From positions 806,001-870,000 of the forward strand of contig NW_026250409.1 in assembly GCF_024521635.1 (NCBI RefSeq): a stretch of DNA of 64,000 bases. Reading direction: 5' to 3'. The position numbers were made by a program, and so were the translations under genes. This stretch comes from Tricharina praecox. Its lineage: Eukaryota. Numbering within the stretch: position 1 is the stretch's first letter; each line of letters opens with the position of its first letter. Shown piece by piece: positions 25,392 to 37,746 of this stretch. Below the pieces are notes generated by a model. That model was given only the letters and a program-made list of their open reading frames with translations. It searched no databases and was not told where the DNA came from.

Positions 25392-26114
25392 GACACGCAT
25401 GTGCGACGGACGCAGAGACAAATTCCGGAGGCCCAAGTGAGGCAATATTTTTTTGCAGTTTTCATTTTTAGCGCTGGTTTCTTTTATTTTTTCCGTTTGA
25501 CTGGCGTTTCGTTGGGGATTTTCTGAGTGCAAGGCACTGTATGTTGTTCGCATCGGATGGATCCCAATTTTTCAACTATTTCCTATTCATTTTTGTGGTC
25601 TTTGGCTGTCTATTTTGTTAGGAGGATGTGAGGATGTGGCATTCTTTTTATTTTTATTTTTCTTCTTTTTCAGAGGGTCGTTGGATGATTGTCTTTCTTT
25701 TGGAACCCGGGGTGACCCGGACCACGACACCAAAGGGGGACTAATGGGCACTGGAAGGTCCGTATACTTTGAAGCATCGATATCTGACGAGAGGGACTTT
25801 TATGTTGCAAGTCAGGGCGCTTGTCAGGGCAGTATTGATTGATTGGCGGCCTTGGATGATATATGATCTTAATGGTGGATGTATGGTAGTGAAGAGGTAT
25901 TTTCCCCCTCATGTAGGGGATATGAGATAGCGGAAGGCGAGAACCCACAGAGGGACTGGCAAGATTGAATTGATCGGTTGTCTAAGAAGTATCCATCCAA
26001 GATGATTGACTGTGAACGAATTGGTATTAGACAACAAAACGCAAGACCATAAAGTACAGGTTGGATGATTCGAAACAAAAGACCACACGTGTGGTTGGTT
26101 CGAGGAGTAGTTAA

Positions 26115-26791
26115 TCAGAAGCTCGACGACTGCTCCTTGTCCTCCTCCTCAGCATCAGCATCAGCATTTCCATCGCGCCACGCCCTGCGTCTCTGTCTCT
26201 CCAGCAACCTCCGGCGCGCCTGCCGCGCACGACTACTGCTCCCCGCGTCGTCATCGGAATCTTCGTCCTCCTCCAGGATCGTCGGCACCGAAGGGCGGCG
26301 CAGCCGCAGGTTCACCGCGGGCGGCTCCGGCGTCGGCGACGGAGAGGGCGAGTAGTCGTCGGAGCTGGCGGGCTTTGATGCCGTGCTGCCGGGGGTGCCG
26401 CTGGTTGGCGGCGCTGCTGGAGGCGTGAGCAGCCCGAGCCCAGAGGCAAGTCCGTATGATAACAGCGCTACTAGAGAGCCCGCTACCGCTCCGATTATCG
26501 CCGCTGTGCCGCAGTAGATGTATAATGTCTACGGTTGTGGGTGCCCGCGAGGCGGCGGGTTAGCCGTGGGTTGCGCCTACATACCAGGTATACATGTATT
26601 TCTTTTTGATAGGGGGAAGGAGGGGGAACCTTGAAGCGGGATATCAATGCGCCCGGACTGTTAACCAGGAAGGATAATACGCGTGCGGTTATGCGCAGCA
26701 GCATGATGACCGGTGATAATAGCCATAGCACGGGTGGAGAGAGGAGACGGAACGGAATTGATAGTGTCGTGAGGATCACGCTGCTGGCCAT
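26115..26791 (-). CDS. Hypothetical small membrane protein, 2 exons
   Basis: Hydrophobic N-terminus MASSVILTTLSIPFRLLSPPVLWLL..., an intron ending at 26529, then in-frame TLYIYCGTAAIIGAVAGSLVALLSYGL (TM), a P/S-rich linker, TILEEDEDSDDD and a charged tail. Confidence 0.65.
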
Positions 26792-27096
26792 CGTACACTG
26801 TTGACGTTAACGTTGACGTTGGTGTTGTGCGAGCCTGGAGCTAAAGTAGAGTATGTAAGGGTTGTGGTGTGGTGGTGGTGCCGGTGGTGCTGGTGGTGGT
26901 GGCTAGTTGATGGCTATGCACGCGGGGTAGTGTCCTGCGGGGACACCTTCCTAGCTCACCCTGCTGGGATGACTGTATGACATGATTCGGTACACACAGC
27001 TAGCGAACTACGTCCTGCAACAACCATCATCATCCTCATCATCGACACACGACACCTTCCCAGCCAGCTTCACCGCGCTCAACCATCATCGTCACC

Positions 27097-28546
27097 ATGG
27101 GGAACAACCCCTCGCGCACGACTCACCACCACCACCACACGCAGCAATCCGCCTCATCCAGTGCGTCAGCGTCCCCGCCAACCCGCAGCGCAACCACCAC
27201 CGCCTCCAGCCGCCGCCCCAGCTACCGCCGCAACTCACTGCAGTCCCCAGCATCAACTAAATACGGCGTTGCGACCTCGCAAGAATTCCTTACGCCGGCA
27301 CGCCCGCAGCCGCCGTCCTCACACGACCACCACGGCCACCACGGCGGCGGCAGCCAGCACCACAGCCGCTACCACACGCCGCCGCCCGGCCCGCAGCGCC
27401 GCGAGAGCATCGCGACCGCGATCCCCGAAGGCGCGGGCTACCACGCCTTTCCCACGCGGACCCGCGAGGAGCTCATCGAGGATGCCGCCACCCTGCGGTT
27501 ATTCCCGAACCCGCCCATCGGCGTCAACGTGCAGCCCGCTTCGCCGTCCCCGTTCTTGCCAAATGCGAATCCGTTCGCGCCGAATGTGAATCCGTTCGCG
27601 GCGCCGGCTGGGAACACCGCGGGAAGGCATGAGATGCCGCTCGCCCCGGGCATGCGCCAGGGCAGGGGCAGCATGGAGTCCACGGCTGCCTCGCTCGAGG
27701 AGGAGGCGCTGGCCTCGCAGGAGTGTGATGATGCTAGGGCTGTTCCGACGCTGATCCAGTGGCCGTATCCGGGCACGAAGGTCTATGTCACCGGTACTTT
27801 CTGTGCGTGGGAGAAGAGGTATCGCTTGACTAGGAAGTATGTCTCCCTCAATATACCCACACCTGCGAATTGGCGGATTGAATAGCCGCTGACGTGTCTC
27901 GCCAGTCTGGACGATAACATCATGTCCGCGGTCGTCGCGATCCCGCCCGGAACGCATCACGTAAAATTCCTAGTCGACGGTGAGATGCGAACGTCACACT
28001 CACTGCCCACCGCCGTCGACGATACTGGAATCCTCGTCAACTATCTCGAGGTTTCCGCCGACGACATGCCGCCTCTGAACCGACAGCTCTCGACCGACAG
28101 TGCCGGAGGCGCACCACCCACGCCTTCGGACCGCATCCCGTCCGTCGTTCCCACTGAGGCCCCGTTACGATACACCACCGAGATCCCGGCGTATCTGAAG
28201 GAGTTCTCCGATGCTTACGAGGAGGACCCCCGTGGTGGTGGGTATGCCGATGGTGCGCCGCCGCCGCCAAGCTTGCCTATGATGCTGCAGAAGGTCATCC
28301 TTAATACTGGTAATACCATGAAGGACGATGCGAGCGTGCTTGGCATCCCAAACCATGCGGTACTCAATCACTTGGCCACCAGTTCGATTAAGAATTCGAT
28401 ACTAGCTGTGTCGGCGACTACGAGGTACAAAAAGAAGGTGTGTTGCATCGTATCACTCGACGCAATGATGATTGCCGCTAACGTTGTGGTGGCTGTAGTA
28501 TGTTACAACGATCCTGTACAAGGCTGCGTCTGCACAGGAGGATTAG
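27097..28546 (+). CDS. GAL83: Snf1/AMPK beta subunit (Gal83/Sip2), 3 exons
   Basis: MGNNPS myristoylation-type start, glycogen-binding domain (VPTLIQW..GTKVYVTGTF..W; GTHHVKFLVDGE; GILVNYLEV) and ASC domain (PPSLP..L.KVILN, PNHAVLNHLATSSIKN, TRYKKK|YVTTILYK). Confidence 0.95.
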
Positions 28547-28685
28547 CTCCAGACTGCCTGCTTAGGTGTTGTTGTGAGGATGGTTGACTGCATCGATTGG
28601 GATTTCCGTTAGCATAGCGTTTGATTCTCGATGAATGCTTCTTCGTTTGGCAACATTGTGTATTTTGGCCGATGTACAGTGCAAA

Positions 28686-30139
28686 CTAAGACCGCATCCT
28701 CTTCGCGGACCTATCCCCCGTCTCAGCCTCCGCCGCTCTCTTCTTCTCATTAACCCTCCTCTCCAGCTCCTTGTATGTCGCCTGCAGAATCCTCTTCTCC
28801 CCTAGCCTAACCTCGACCGCATCCCTCTCCCTCCCCGTGATCTCCGTCTCCAGCAACCTCTCATCCTCCTCAATGGTAGTCGCATACTCGCCCAAGCGCT
28901 CGCGCATAACCCTAGCCAGCACCTCCGCCGCCTCCTCTGAGATCCTCGGCTTCGGCAACTTCTCCTTCTCCTTCCACGCCGCAAACTCCGCATTACTCGC
29001 CAGCAGCGTATTAACAACAACGACCAACTCATCAGGCACCGCACCCTCCGCCTGCGCCTGCAGATCGAACGCATCCTCCAGCACGCCCTCTTCGAGCAGA
29101 TACTCGATGCGGTCCTCCCTCCCCGCCTCACCCCCACAGTGCGCAATCACCATCGGCGCCGGCACCTCGACCACGTCGAACGGCGCGTAGTTCCGCGTGG
29201 TGTAGCCGTAGCGCCGCAGGAGATCACTCCGCGGCAGCGCGCCATAGTCGTTGAACAGCTGTGCGCCCGCGGGGAGCTCGCGCAGCGTTCGCATCTCCAG
29301 GTGCGTCGCCGTCTGGAATAGGCGGCAGTTGGCGGGGACGTCCGCGTTCAGCAGATCTGCGAGGGGGACCATCGCTTTATACCGCTTTTTGCTGCCCCCC
29401 TCCCCCTCCTCCTCCCCCTCCTCCTCCCCGTCGTCGTCGTCGTCGTCAGACGAGTCCGACTCGTCCCCCGAGGAAAGATCGAAACTATACGCCATAACCG
29501 CACTACCGACGCGATGCGCCGCGTCCAGCAGACGCTGCTCCCCCTCTGCGCCCTCGGGCAACTCCCCGAACACATCCGGGTTCGCGCGGACAATCGGGAG
29601 CAGCTCCGTGCGGAACGTCTCGTCGGCCGCCTGCCGGCCGACCTTGTCGAGGACCTTGGAGCCGCGCAGCCATTCTAGTTCGTGCGGCGCCCAGTACATC
29701 AGCGTGTCGAAGCGCTGTGGCAGCAGGGTGAGGTAGGGCGCCCATGAGGAGGACGCGCGTGACTCGTAGAGGAGCGTGAGCATTAGTTGTAGCCAGGGGG
29801 TGAGTGCGCTGTAGGCGCTGGCGGAGGTGGCGGAGAGGGGGGGCAGGCTGCTCGTGGAGGGGGTGAGGCAGCTGCTCCGTGGCAGGCGGAAGAGCGTTTC
29901 GTCCGGGGAGAGCGCGGAGAGTGCGACTACATATGTAGGATTGGTGTTAGCGAGGATCGTGCGGGGGGATTGAGGAGGGAGGGGGAGATGGGGATGAGCG
30001 TGCCTAAGCCCCGGCCGGCACCGCTGGAGCGCAAGTCGGCGATCGCGATTTTGGGGTTGAGCGTGAAGGACATGGAGTTTTGGAGCCAGTGCAGGAACCG
30101 CTCGTTCTGCTGGGTGAATTCGTCTGTTTCGGGCTCCAT
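28686..30139 (-). CDS. RKM4: SET-domain protein lysine methyltransferase (Rkm4/SETD6-like), 2 exons
   Basis: FLHWL...KIAIADLRSSGAGRGL|VA, SSWAPYLTLLP, VMAYSFD, AMVPLADLLNAD, LFNDYGALPRSDLLRRYGY, and a Rubisco-LSMT-type C-terminal domain (AVEVRLGEKRIL). Confidence 0.88.
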
Positions 30140-30413
30140 GGCGGCGGTTGTATTGGGTGTCAGGGGCTCTGTATGTACAAGTAGAGGGAGGGAAAGCTTC
30201 AAGGTCTTTAGATGGTGGGATGGGATTGCGATAGATATAAAAAAATTAAAGTTACGCAGGGATGGACTGCGCACGGGCCAAGCACTCTACAGCCAGCTAA
30301 CCAACTGCATACATGTGGTGCACACTCTAGCTTCGAATAGCGGGATCTCAGCTCGATCGTGTGTAAAGAATCATGACTGTCATTGCACCCGTCTACCAGT
30401 ACTCAACCTCCGC

Positions 30414-31525
30414 TCACCGCCGCCTCGTCTGTCCAAACCCGGTGGTTTCATGTCTCACCGCGCCGGCCGAACTGGACTCCCCGCCGCTCCCACCAAACAC
30501 CGGGCGGTTGGCCCTATACCCACCATACGCCGGCTCCCTCTCCCTCTCGCCCCTCCCTCCTCTGCCCGCAATATACGTCCCCGCGGCGCCCGCCGCCATG
30601 CCGCTCCAGAAGCCGGGCCTCCAGCCTGGCGTATTGCTCGCAGACGTGGACTTGAACCCTGGCGGGCGCGGATCGTAGGGGGGCGGGGGATCATCGCCGC
30701 CACCACCGCCGCCGAACCACGGACTCCCACCATTGTCGAAGCGCTGTGCGGGGCGCCGGGCTCCCGCCGGCGCATTCGCCGCCGTCCACGCACTGTAGAA
30801 GATTGTCCCCAGCATGCCAAGGAAGATGAGCATGAAGATGAACGACCAGATGTCGCCTGCAGATGCGTGGGTGTCTTTGTCAGTTTCCTATGCCAGAGCT
30901 CGAGGGGAGCGGAGGGTGGGTGGCTCACCGCCCGTAGGCTTGCGGTTCGTGTTGCTGAACGACAAGAACGCCCCGCCGTACTTCTCCAGCCCTTCGTCCG
31001 TGAGGATCAGACGGTACTCGGCACCACACGACCCTATCCTCCCCACACACATCAACATCTCTTTCCCCCACCCTCACATACATCTACGGAACGGAGCTCG
31101 TAGTTACCTTTGAGAATATGCCGATCATCAGCGTTCGCGTAGCCCTCACAGAGCACGTCCGTACTCCCCAGCTTAAAGTACTTCGGCACGTCCGCCGTAC
31201 AGCTCCACGAGATGTCCTCGTCGCCGTAGTCGCTGCCCATGTTCTTGCAGCGCATTACGTCGATTTCGTAGAGGCCCTGGCGTCATGTCAACACAAAGTA
31301 CATCGGTGTGGATAAGGGAGTGAGTGAGTGAAGTACCTTCGCATCCCCACCAACACATTTCAGCTGCGGAATGGGATCCAGGCGGCGGCCGGTGGTGACC
31401 TGGTCGTTCCGCAGGGTCAGCGATTTGACGCTCGAGATGAGGATCTTGTCACTGCCGAAGCGGGCATCTGCAAGGCGGGAGAGCGTAAGGAACAGCGGGA
31501 GGAGTATCGAGGCGCTTCGTCGCAT
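30414..31525 (-). CDS. SARAF: SARAF/DUF1183 family single-pass membrane protein, 4 exons
   Basis: Signal peptide MRRSASILLPLFLTLSRLADA, then LTLR...TTGRRLDPIPQLKCVGG, MRCKNMG..YGDEDISWSC, LGSTDVLCEGY...ILKG|SCGAEYRL, a TM helix, PPPPY, WRPGFWSG and C-terminal TGFGQTRRR*. Confidence 0.9.
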
Positions 31526-31863
31526 TGCAGTTGTTGTTGTTGCGGTTCCAGCTTCGTCGCGGGGGTTTGGGGGTGGGATATAAAGCTGTTTGAGCTCCCT
31601 GGGGACGCGGAGGGGGGGCAACTGTGGCGCTTGTGGAGATGTGGCCACGGCCAGGTACTCTACTGTAACAACCATACTATTCTACGACCTATCATATCAT
31701 ACCTACCGGTGCTTGCGTGATCACGTGCGTCTGCGTGCGTCCAACTCTTCGACGGAAAACTCCGAGTAACTCCGCCCGCTACCGCTGCCGGTACCGGTAC
31801 TCTACACGGTCCGCCGCGTCTCCTCCGCCCACCTAACGCTCGCAGCTATCGTAGCACGGCATC

Positions 31864-32296
31864 ATGGTACCTCACGCTTCCCCTCCCCGCCATCCGCCGT
31901 AACTAACACCCCCAGGCCCGCCTCCTCTCCCGCCTCACGCGCACCTACCGTCGCATCCTCACGTCCGCGCAGACGACGACCACCTACGCCTCTTCCGCCG
32001 CCCGAGCGCGCGTAGCCCCAGACACGACCTCACGCACCGGCCTAACTTTATCCGAAGCATGCCAGATCCTGAACGTGCGGCCGCCACAGCACGGAAAGGC
32101 GGACATGAGTATTGTGTGGCAGCGGTTTACGCGGCTGTTTGACGTGAACGAGCCCGAGAACGGCGGGAGTCTGTATCTGCAGAGCAAAGTCCTCCGTGCA
32201 AGGCAGAGGATCGAGGAGGAGGTTGCCAAGGCGCAGGAGAAGGCCGAGAGGGAGGAGGAGCTGCAGAGGGGGTGGAGGCCGAAGCTTTTTCGGTAG
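31864..32296 (+). CDS. PAM16: Mitochondrial import motor J-like subunit Pam16/Tim16, 2 coding exons
   Basis: ATG-only first coding exon, intron 31867-31915, then ...GLTLSEACQILNV...RFTRLFDVNEPENGGSLYLQSKVLRARQRIEEE...GWRPKLFR*. Confidence 0.88.
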
Positions 32297-32661
32297 GTGT
32301 GGGAGGAGAATGGATAGAGCATGTGGGATGTCACTGTACCAGTACGTTTGTTCGTGGAATTTATACCAGTCTGTAAATTTACATAGCATCTTCCACTCCA
32401 TACCACTCCGTTCCGCTCCGTAGAGCTCTCCACTTCAAGTCCAAGTCCAAGTCTAAGTTACGTAACGAATACAAAGTACAAAGTACAGAGCAAAAAAAGC
32501 GCAAATATCATTGAAACCGAACCCACCGATTGGGTAGCAACGGTGTATAATAGAGGCCGACACCTCTCTCCCCTCCGTCCGTCCGTCTGTCCGTACACCG
32601 AACGTAAAAATAAAAAACAAGCCAAACGAAAAACCAAAACAGTGCGCTTGGGAAGTGAAGT

Positions 32662-33824
32662 CTACGAGGTACCCGCTATACTAAGATCGCGTATCTCCTG
32701 GAGAACCTGTTCCACCCGTTGATCGAGGTGGCCCTGTGCGTACTGTTCGCGGGTGTCCGGGTCCAGGTATTGCTGCACTTGCGCCATTCGAGAGTAGGCC
32801 TCGGCACAGACTGTTTTGTGTTAGAGGTTTTGAAGACTGACGAGGCGGTGGGGGGATAGCTCACATCGCAGCTGTATCTTGACCAGAGCTTCGAATGACG
32901 GATCGAGGTATGGCACACGTAGGTCGATGAGCTGCGGTATTTCGGTGGTCAACTGTTCGTTGAGCGCCTCATAGACCTCTTTCGCCATCTGCGCCTCCTT
33001 CTCGGACTGTAGTAGTTCACGCACACATCAGCTTCGCGTTCCCCTCCTTCCCCTCCTCACCCCCAGCGAAAACACACGTACCCTCGGCAGCTTTGACGGA
33101 TCCTTATCAGGCTTATCGACGAGCTTCTTGACCTTCGCACGCATCTGGTCATAATCGAGAAGCTTATGGTTCCTCTTCTTGATGCACTCATTGATGTCCG
33201 GGAAGTAGGCGCAGAACCTGGTTATCGGCTCGAGGACCGTGGTGCGGTACGGGCCGTCAAGGGACTTGATCGTTTCCGCGTCGAGCTCCTCGACCGCTTG
33301 CTTGTACGACCGGCTCACCCCGTCCCGCGTCCCCGCGTCTCCGTAGAACGCATCGATCGTTTCCGCAATCCGCATCTGTGACGCGGTCATGGCTACAGCA
33401 TCCTATCAGCACCACCCAGACTGCCCATGTGACTAAGCGGGGCGCCGGCTGACCTCGCAGCGCATCAAGGTAGCCCTTAGCTTCCTTCTGCAGCTTTGTA
33501 GCTGCAGCTTCCATAGTCCTGAAGCGTCTGTATCGCAGGCAAACGTATCAGCCCTGCCTTCTTTCCCTCCACCATCACATCCCCCCCCTCCCCCCATCCC
33601 CATCCTCTCCACTCTGGAAACATACCTCTCCTCAACCTCATAATCGCGATCATTCGTCTTCTCGATCTGCCCAGCCTTCATCATGACCTGGACCGTGGTC
33701 CGGTTGACCGTTTTCTTGAAGCCTTCGGAGTCGGAACTGCGTCAGCAAGGGCGCGGAGCGACGGGCCAAGGGCGGAGGGCTAAGGGCTAGGGAGGAAGGG
33801 AAGTGCCATACCTGCCCAACTCAT
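32662..33824 (-). CDS. RVS161: N-BAR amphiphysin Rvs161/Hob3, 6 exons
   Basis: MSWAG|FKKTVNRTTVQVMMK, LQKEAKGYLDALR|AMTASQMRIAETIDAFY, IKKRNHKLLDYD, LIDLRVPYLDPSFEALVKIQLRF. Ends IRDLSIAGTS*. No SH3 domain. Confidence 0.95.
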
Positions 33825-34634
33825 GATGGCGACGAGTGGTTGGCTAAGTCCGGGGAGCGGGTGGTGAGGCTTTTGCTCGTGAGCCGAGTTCGGGCGCGGA
33901 TAGGTTGGTTCGCGACGACGACGACGATGGCGCGGGGTGGGCGGGGGCGGGGGGTGAAGTAGTAGTAGTCTTGGTGGTAGTCTTGGTGCTGATGGTGTTG
34001 GTTGCGGTGTTGGTGGTGGTGGAAGCAGTTGCCTGTTGTCTTGTCTGATGGCAGTTGTCTATCCCGGAGACAAGAGGCTCCGCGCGTCTTGAGTTGAGTC
34101 GAGTTATTACAAAGGTACATACTCTACTCCAGTTACGCTACTCTAGTTACTCTACTCTAGTTACTCTACTCTAACTAGAGTAGGTGGGAAAAGGGTGGGC
34201 AGTGGCAGTGCAGTGCAGTGGAGTAATCCCAACTTCAAGGGCCGGCCCAATCGCTGAGTCGCTGACGTAGCCCCCTTCCCCCCGCCGCCGCCAGCCCCCA
34301 ACCAACTACACATCATAGGTATACTTGGCACCAAACCAAAGCACCAACTTGGATTTCTCAATGCTGTATGATGCTGTGTGAGGTGAGGCGAGGGAGGTAG
34401 GGTGAGGTGAAGAAGAGGAGAGGAGATCGCGGGGTAAAAAGCTGGAAGGTGTCTAGACTCCCCACCTCCAGCTCTCAGCAGCCCTGGGGAGTAGAGTAGA
34501 GTACCTAGAGTAGATGCGGTGGGTTGGGTATACCTACGAAGGGCGGATACGATGCCTACAGCTGCCTCCCACCACACACTCCCACCAAACAACTTGAACT
34601 CTAGATGACCGTCATATCAATATCGTGCACATAC

Positions 34635-34688
34635 AATCACATATAATCACGTATAATCACGTATAATCACACATAATCACACATAATC
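34635..34688. repeat. 10-bp tandem repeat (AATCACRYAT) x about 5
   Basis: aatcacatat aatcacgtat aatcacgtat aatcacacat aatcacacat aatc. Confidence 0.85.
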
Positions 34689-35608
34689 TACACACATTCT
34701 ACACACATGCATCATACGTCCAGTCTCTAGAAATATCATTCCATTCGCGAAAGTTGACAAGGCAATGAATCGAACTCCCCTTTTCCGTTCCCGTTTCCGT
34801 TCAACACCAACACCACCAACAGCAGCAACAACACGCCCTAACATGCTAACCCAAACCAAACCAAACCAGAAGCGCCCAGCACAGAGTCCGCCATAGCTAG
34901 GAGGTAACTAGGCCGCACCCATCATCACCCATCATTTCCAGAAGAAAAGAAAAGCAAAGAGAAAACGAGCATCACAAGCCCCTCACCCAACAACACACCT
35001 GCGCCGACCGACCGAGAAACCAACCAACCAATCAACGATGCGCCCACCAAACGACAGAGAGATGTATGTATCAAGTGAGTACTTCCTAAGATGATGTAGA
35101 GTATAATAAACGTAAACGTAAACGTAAAGTAACCTAAGTGTAGGTAAAAATGGACAGGTGGCCATCATAAAACGAGAGAGAAAACATTATAACAGAAAGA
35201 CGAAAAGACGAAAAGAAAAGAAAGAAAAAGGAAGAGAAAAGAAAAAAAACCAATGGAATAAAATATAAAAAAAACACATGCCACCAGGAAAACCGCTCCC
35301 ATCCCAACGCCATCCCAAATTCTCTTTGCCCAGTAAAAAAAAATGAAAAAATGAAAAAGAAAAAGAAAATGCAACCCCGTAAACAAAGGAAGAAAGAAGT
35401 AACAATGTGGGAATCGTTTCATCGAGAGCCCTTTCTGACGAGGGCACTATACATCTGTATGTAGGAGAAGAATCCGACACGAGCAACAAGTGGACCTAGA
35501 TATGCCAATCATATCAACAGCACCCAGCCACCCTCCCCACCCCGCATCGTCATCAACCATCGATCGTGAGCTCTTAGTAGCCTATTCGCGATGAGTGGCA
35601 GCGCACAA

Positions 35609-37246
35609 CTAGTGGTTAGGTGGTAGCAGACCTTCTTCTCCAGCTTTGCAGAGCTTGATCTCTCTACCCCATTCGGACTTGAGCACCTGGGATGCGGTGA
35701 TCCGACGCGCAGGATTAGGATCAAGGATTGAGTAGATGACATTGCGACACCTCGCCTGATAAAGAGGTTAGTACGATGCGGACGAAAGAGACTGAAAGTC
35801 CATGAGAAAACTCACCCTGTGAAGATTCTCGATGGGTGCGTAACCATCCTCATCTTTGCGTCCTTCCAGGTACTTCTCAAAGAACTCGTCCTCTTCCTTT
35901 TTGGCGACGCGCCACAGGTGCCTTCCGGTACGCATGGCCATGTAGATGACACCGCAAGCCCACACATCGACCGCTCTAGGATCAAACTCCTTGTCCGTGT
36001 ACTCCTCGGGCGCGATGTACGGCGCGGATCCACACAATCCACACGTCATGTGCGGCTCCTTCTCCCAAGCCATGCGGAAGCATTCGCCATTGCCGAAATC
36101 GGTGATCTTGAGTGATCCGTTCGTGGTGAGCAAGAGGTTCTCGGGCTTCAAATCCCGATGCGCCACTCCCATCTCGTGCATGTACTCGACACCGCGCATC
36201 AGCTGCTTGAAATAACAGTCCGCCTCCGAAACTTCGAGCTTGACGGCTGTCAGGACCAATGTGTAGAGATCGCCTCCGGCACAGAACTCCATGACCTCGC
36301 AGTAGTCGCCCTTGGAGTCTTGCAAGAGATCGAGCGTGTGGATCACGTTGGGGTGTCGCAGCGACGAAGAGATGCAGAACTCGGAGGTGAGCCGCTTGTG
36401 GTATTTCCGAGCCGATTCCTGAGGGCGCCGACGGAACTCCTTGACGGCGTAGAGCTGCTCCTGTTGACCGTTCTTGGGATCGACTTTGTGCGATATCCGA
36501 ACGACTCCGAACGCGCCACGGCCGATGACCTCCTGGCATTTGCCGTACTTCTCCACCAACGTAGCCGTGGAATTGGCCCCTGCCTTCTTGTCCGTGGTCA
36601 CCGGTAGCTTGTCCTTTTCGCTCCTGAGTTGATCCACCCAATTGGACATGAGACTGAGTCGATCCGGTTCCGCCGCTCCTTCATCCCTCTTCTTCCCGCC
36701 CAACAGATCCCGTAGCATTCCCGAAAGTTTCTCCTGGCGTTTCGCGCTTCGGAGGTGATGTTCGTGCGTGCCATCCGGATGCACAATGTAACGTTGCGGT
36801 AGGGCACTGCCAGACGTCTTATCCAGCGAGGAGAGGCTAGCGGGGTAGGTATTTTTCCTCTGCGGCACTGGGGGTCTGCGATCCACCGCCTTGTCCCTGC
36901 CTGATAGTATGCTGCTGTCGGTATCGGAGGCGTTGCCGTCTGCGGCCCGCTCGCGTGTCGAAGCCCTCGATTCGTCTCGTTTCCGGTCGGACTGCGAGAA
37001 CATGCGCTGGAGTCTCGATGAGATGGACTTCTTCTCCGATGGCATGGGACTCATGGCACCGGGGACGGAGAGGCCCGTTAAGGAGGGAAGCCCGCCACCG
37101 GGAAGTTGACCGGGCATCGGATGCAAGACCGGCGAGCCTGCTGCTGACGGGGCCGCAGAAGGAGCGGCGGAGGAAGGGGCTATTGAAGGTGTTTTGCGGC
37201 TATCCATGTTCTTCGAGTCGTTAAGTTGCAGAGGTGGTTCAATCAT
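35609..37246 (-). CDS. SAT4: Ser/Thr kinase of the HAL/NPR family (Sat4/Hal4), 2 exons
   Basis: EKYGKCQEVIGRGAFG, YAVKEF, RLTSEFCISSSLRHPNVIHTLDL, HRDLKPEN, DFGNGECFRMAWE, CGSAPYIAPEE. After an intron: ARCRNVIYSILDP...LCKAGEEGLLPPNH*. Confidence 0.93.
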
Positions 37247-37626
37247 TGTTATTGGTGCACTAAAAGTCTGATTTGAGGTGTGGGCGTGGGAACGAGAATG
37301 GTGGCGGTTGAAAACCTGTGCACTGGTGCCAGATATGGTCGGTGTGATCAGGTTGGTGTCCGGGGGTGAGGGCGACGATGTTCTGTCGGTTGTTCAGAAG
37401 CGAGGCGACTCAAGAAGTTGTGTTTTTCCCGGGAGGGTCCAAGGGCGGCAAAGTTGGATAATTTTTCTTGGATGAGTTTGTGTGGGAAGGATGGTGGGGG
37501 AGAGTGTGAGTTTGAAGGCTATGACGGTTTTCTTTTTTTTTTTTTTTTTTGAAGTCGGGATTTCTTGCTGGGGGAGAGAGTTCGAATTATTAGGGAGGGG
37601 AGAGACAGGATCGCAGAGTCTTTCTT

Positions 37627-37746
37627 ATAGGTAGGGGGGTGGGGGGGGGGGGGGGTGGAGGTGTTTTTTTGGGGGGGAGGAGGGGGGGCGGTGGGTGGTA
37701 GGCGGGTGGGTGGGTGGTGGGTGTGTGGACGGGGTTTGTGGGTGGG
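37627..37746. repeat. G-rich low-complexity tract upstream of SAT4
   Basis: Several G4-G14 runs on the + strand. A long T run lies at about 37533-37550. Confidence 0.8.

Noticed and set aside
25869..26114. About 81 open codons after the TGA of the hypothetical gene (possible readthrough)
   Set aside because: Context is TGA-TTA rather than TGA-CTA, and the extension has no PTS1 or other motif.
29970..31103. 377-aa plus-strand ORF
   Set aside because: Antisense shadow of the GC-rich RKM4/SARAF coding regions.
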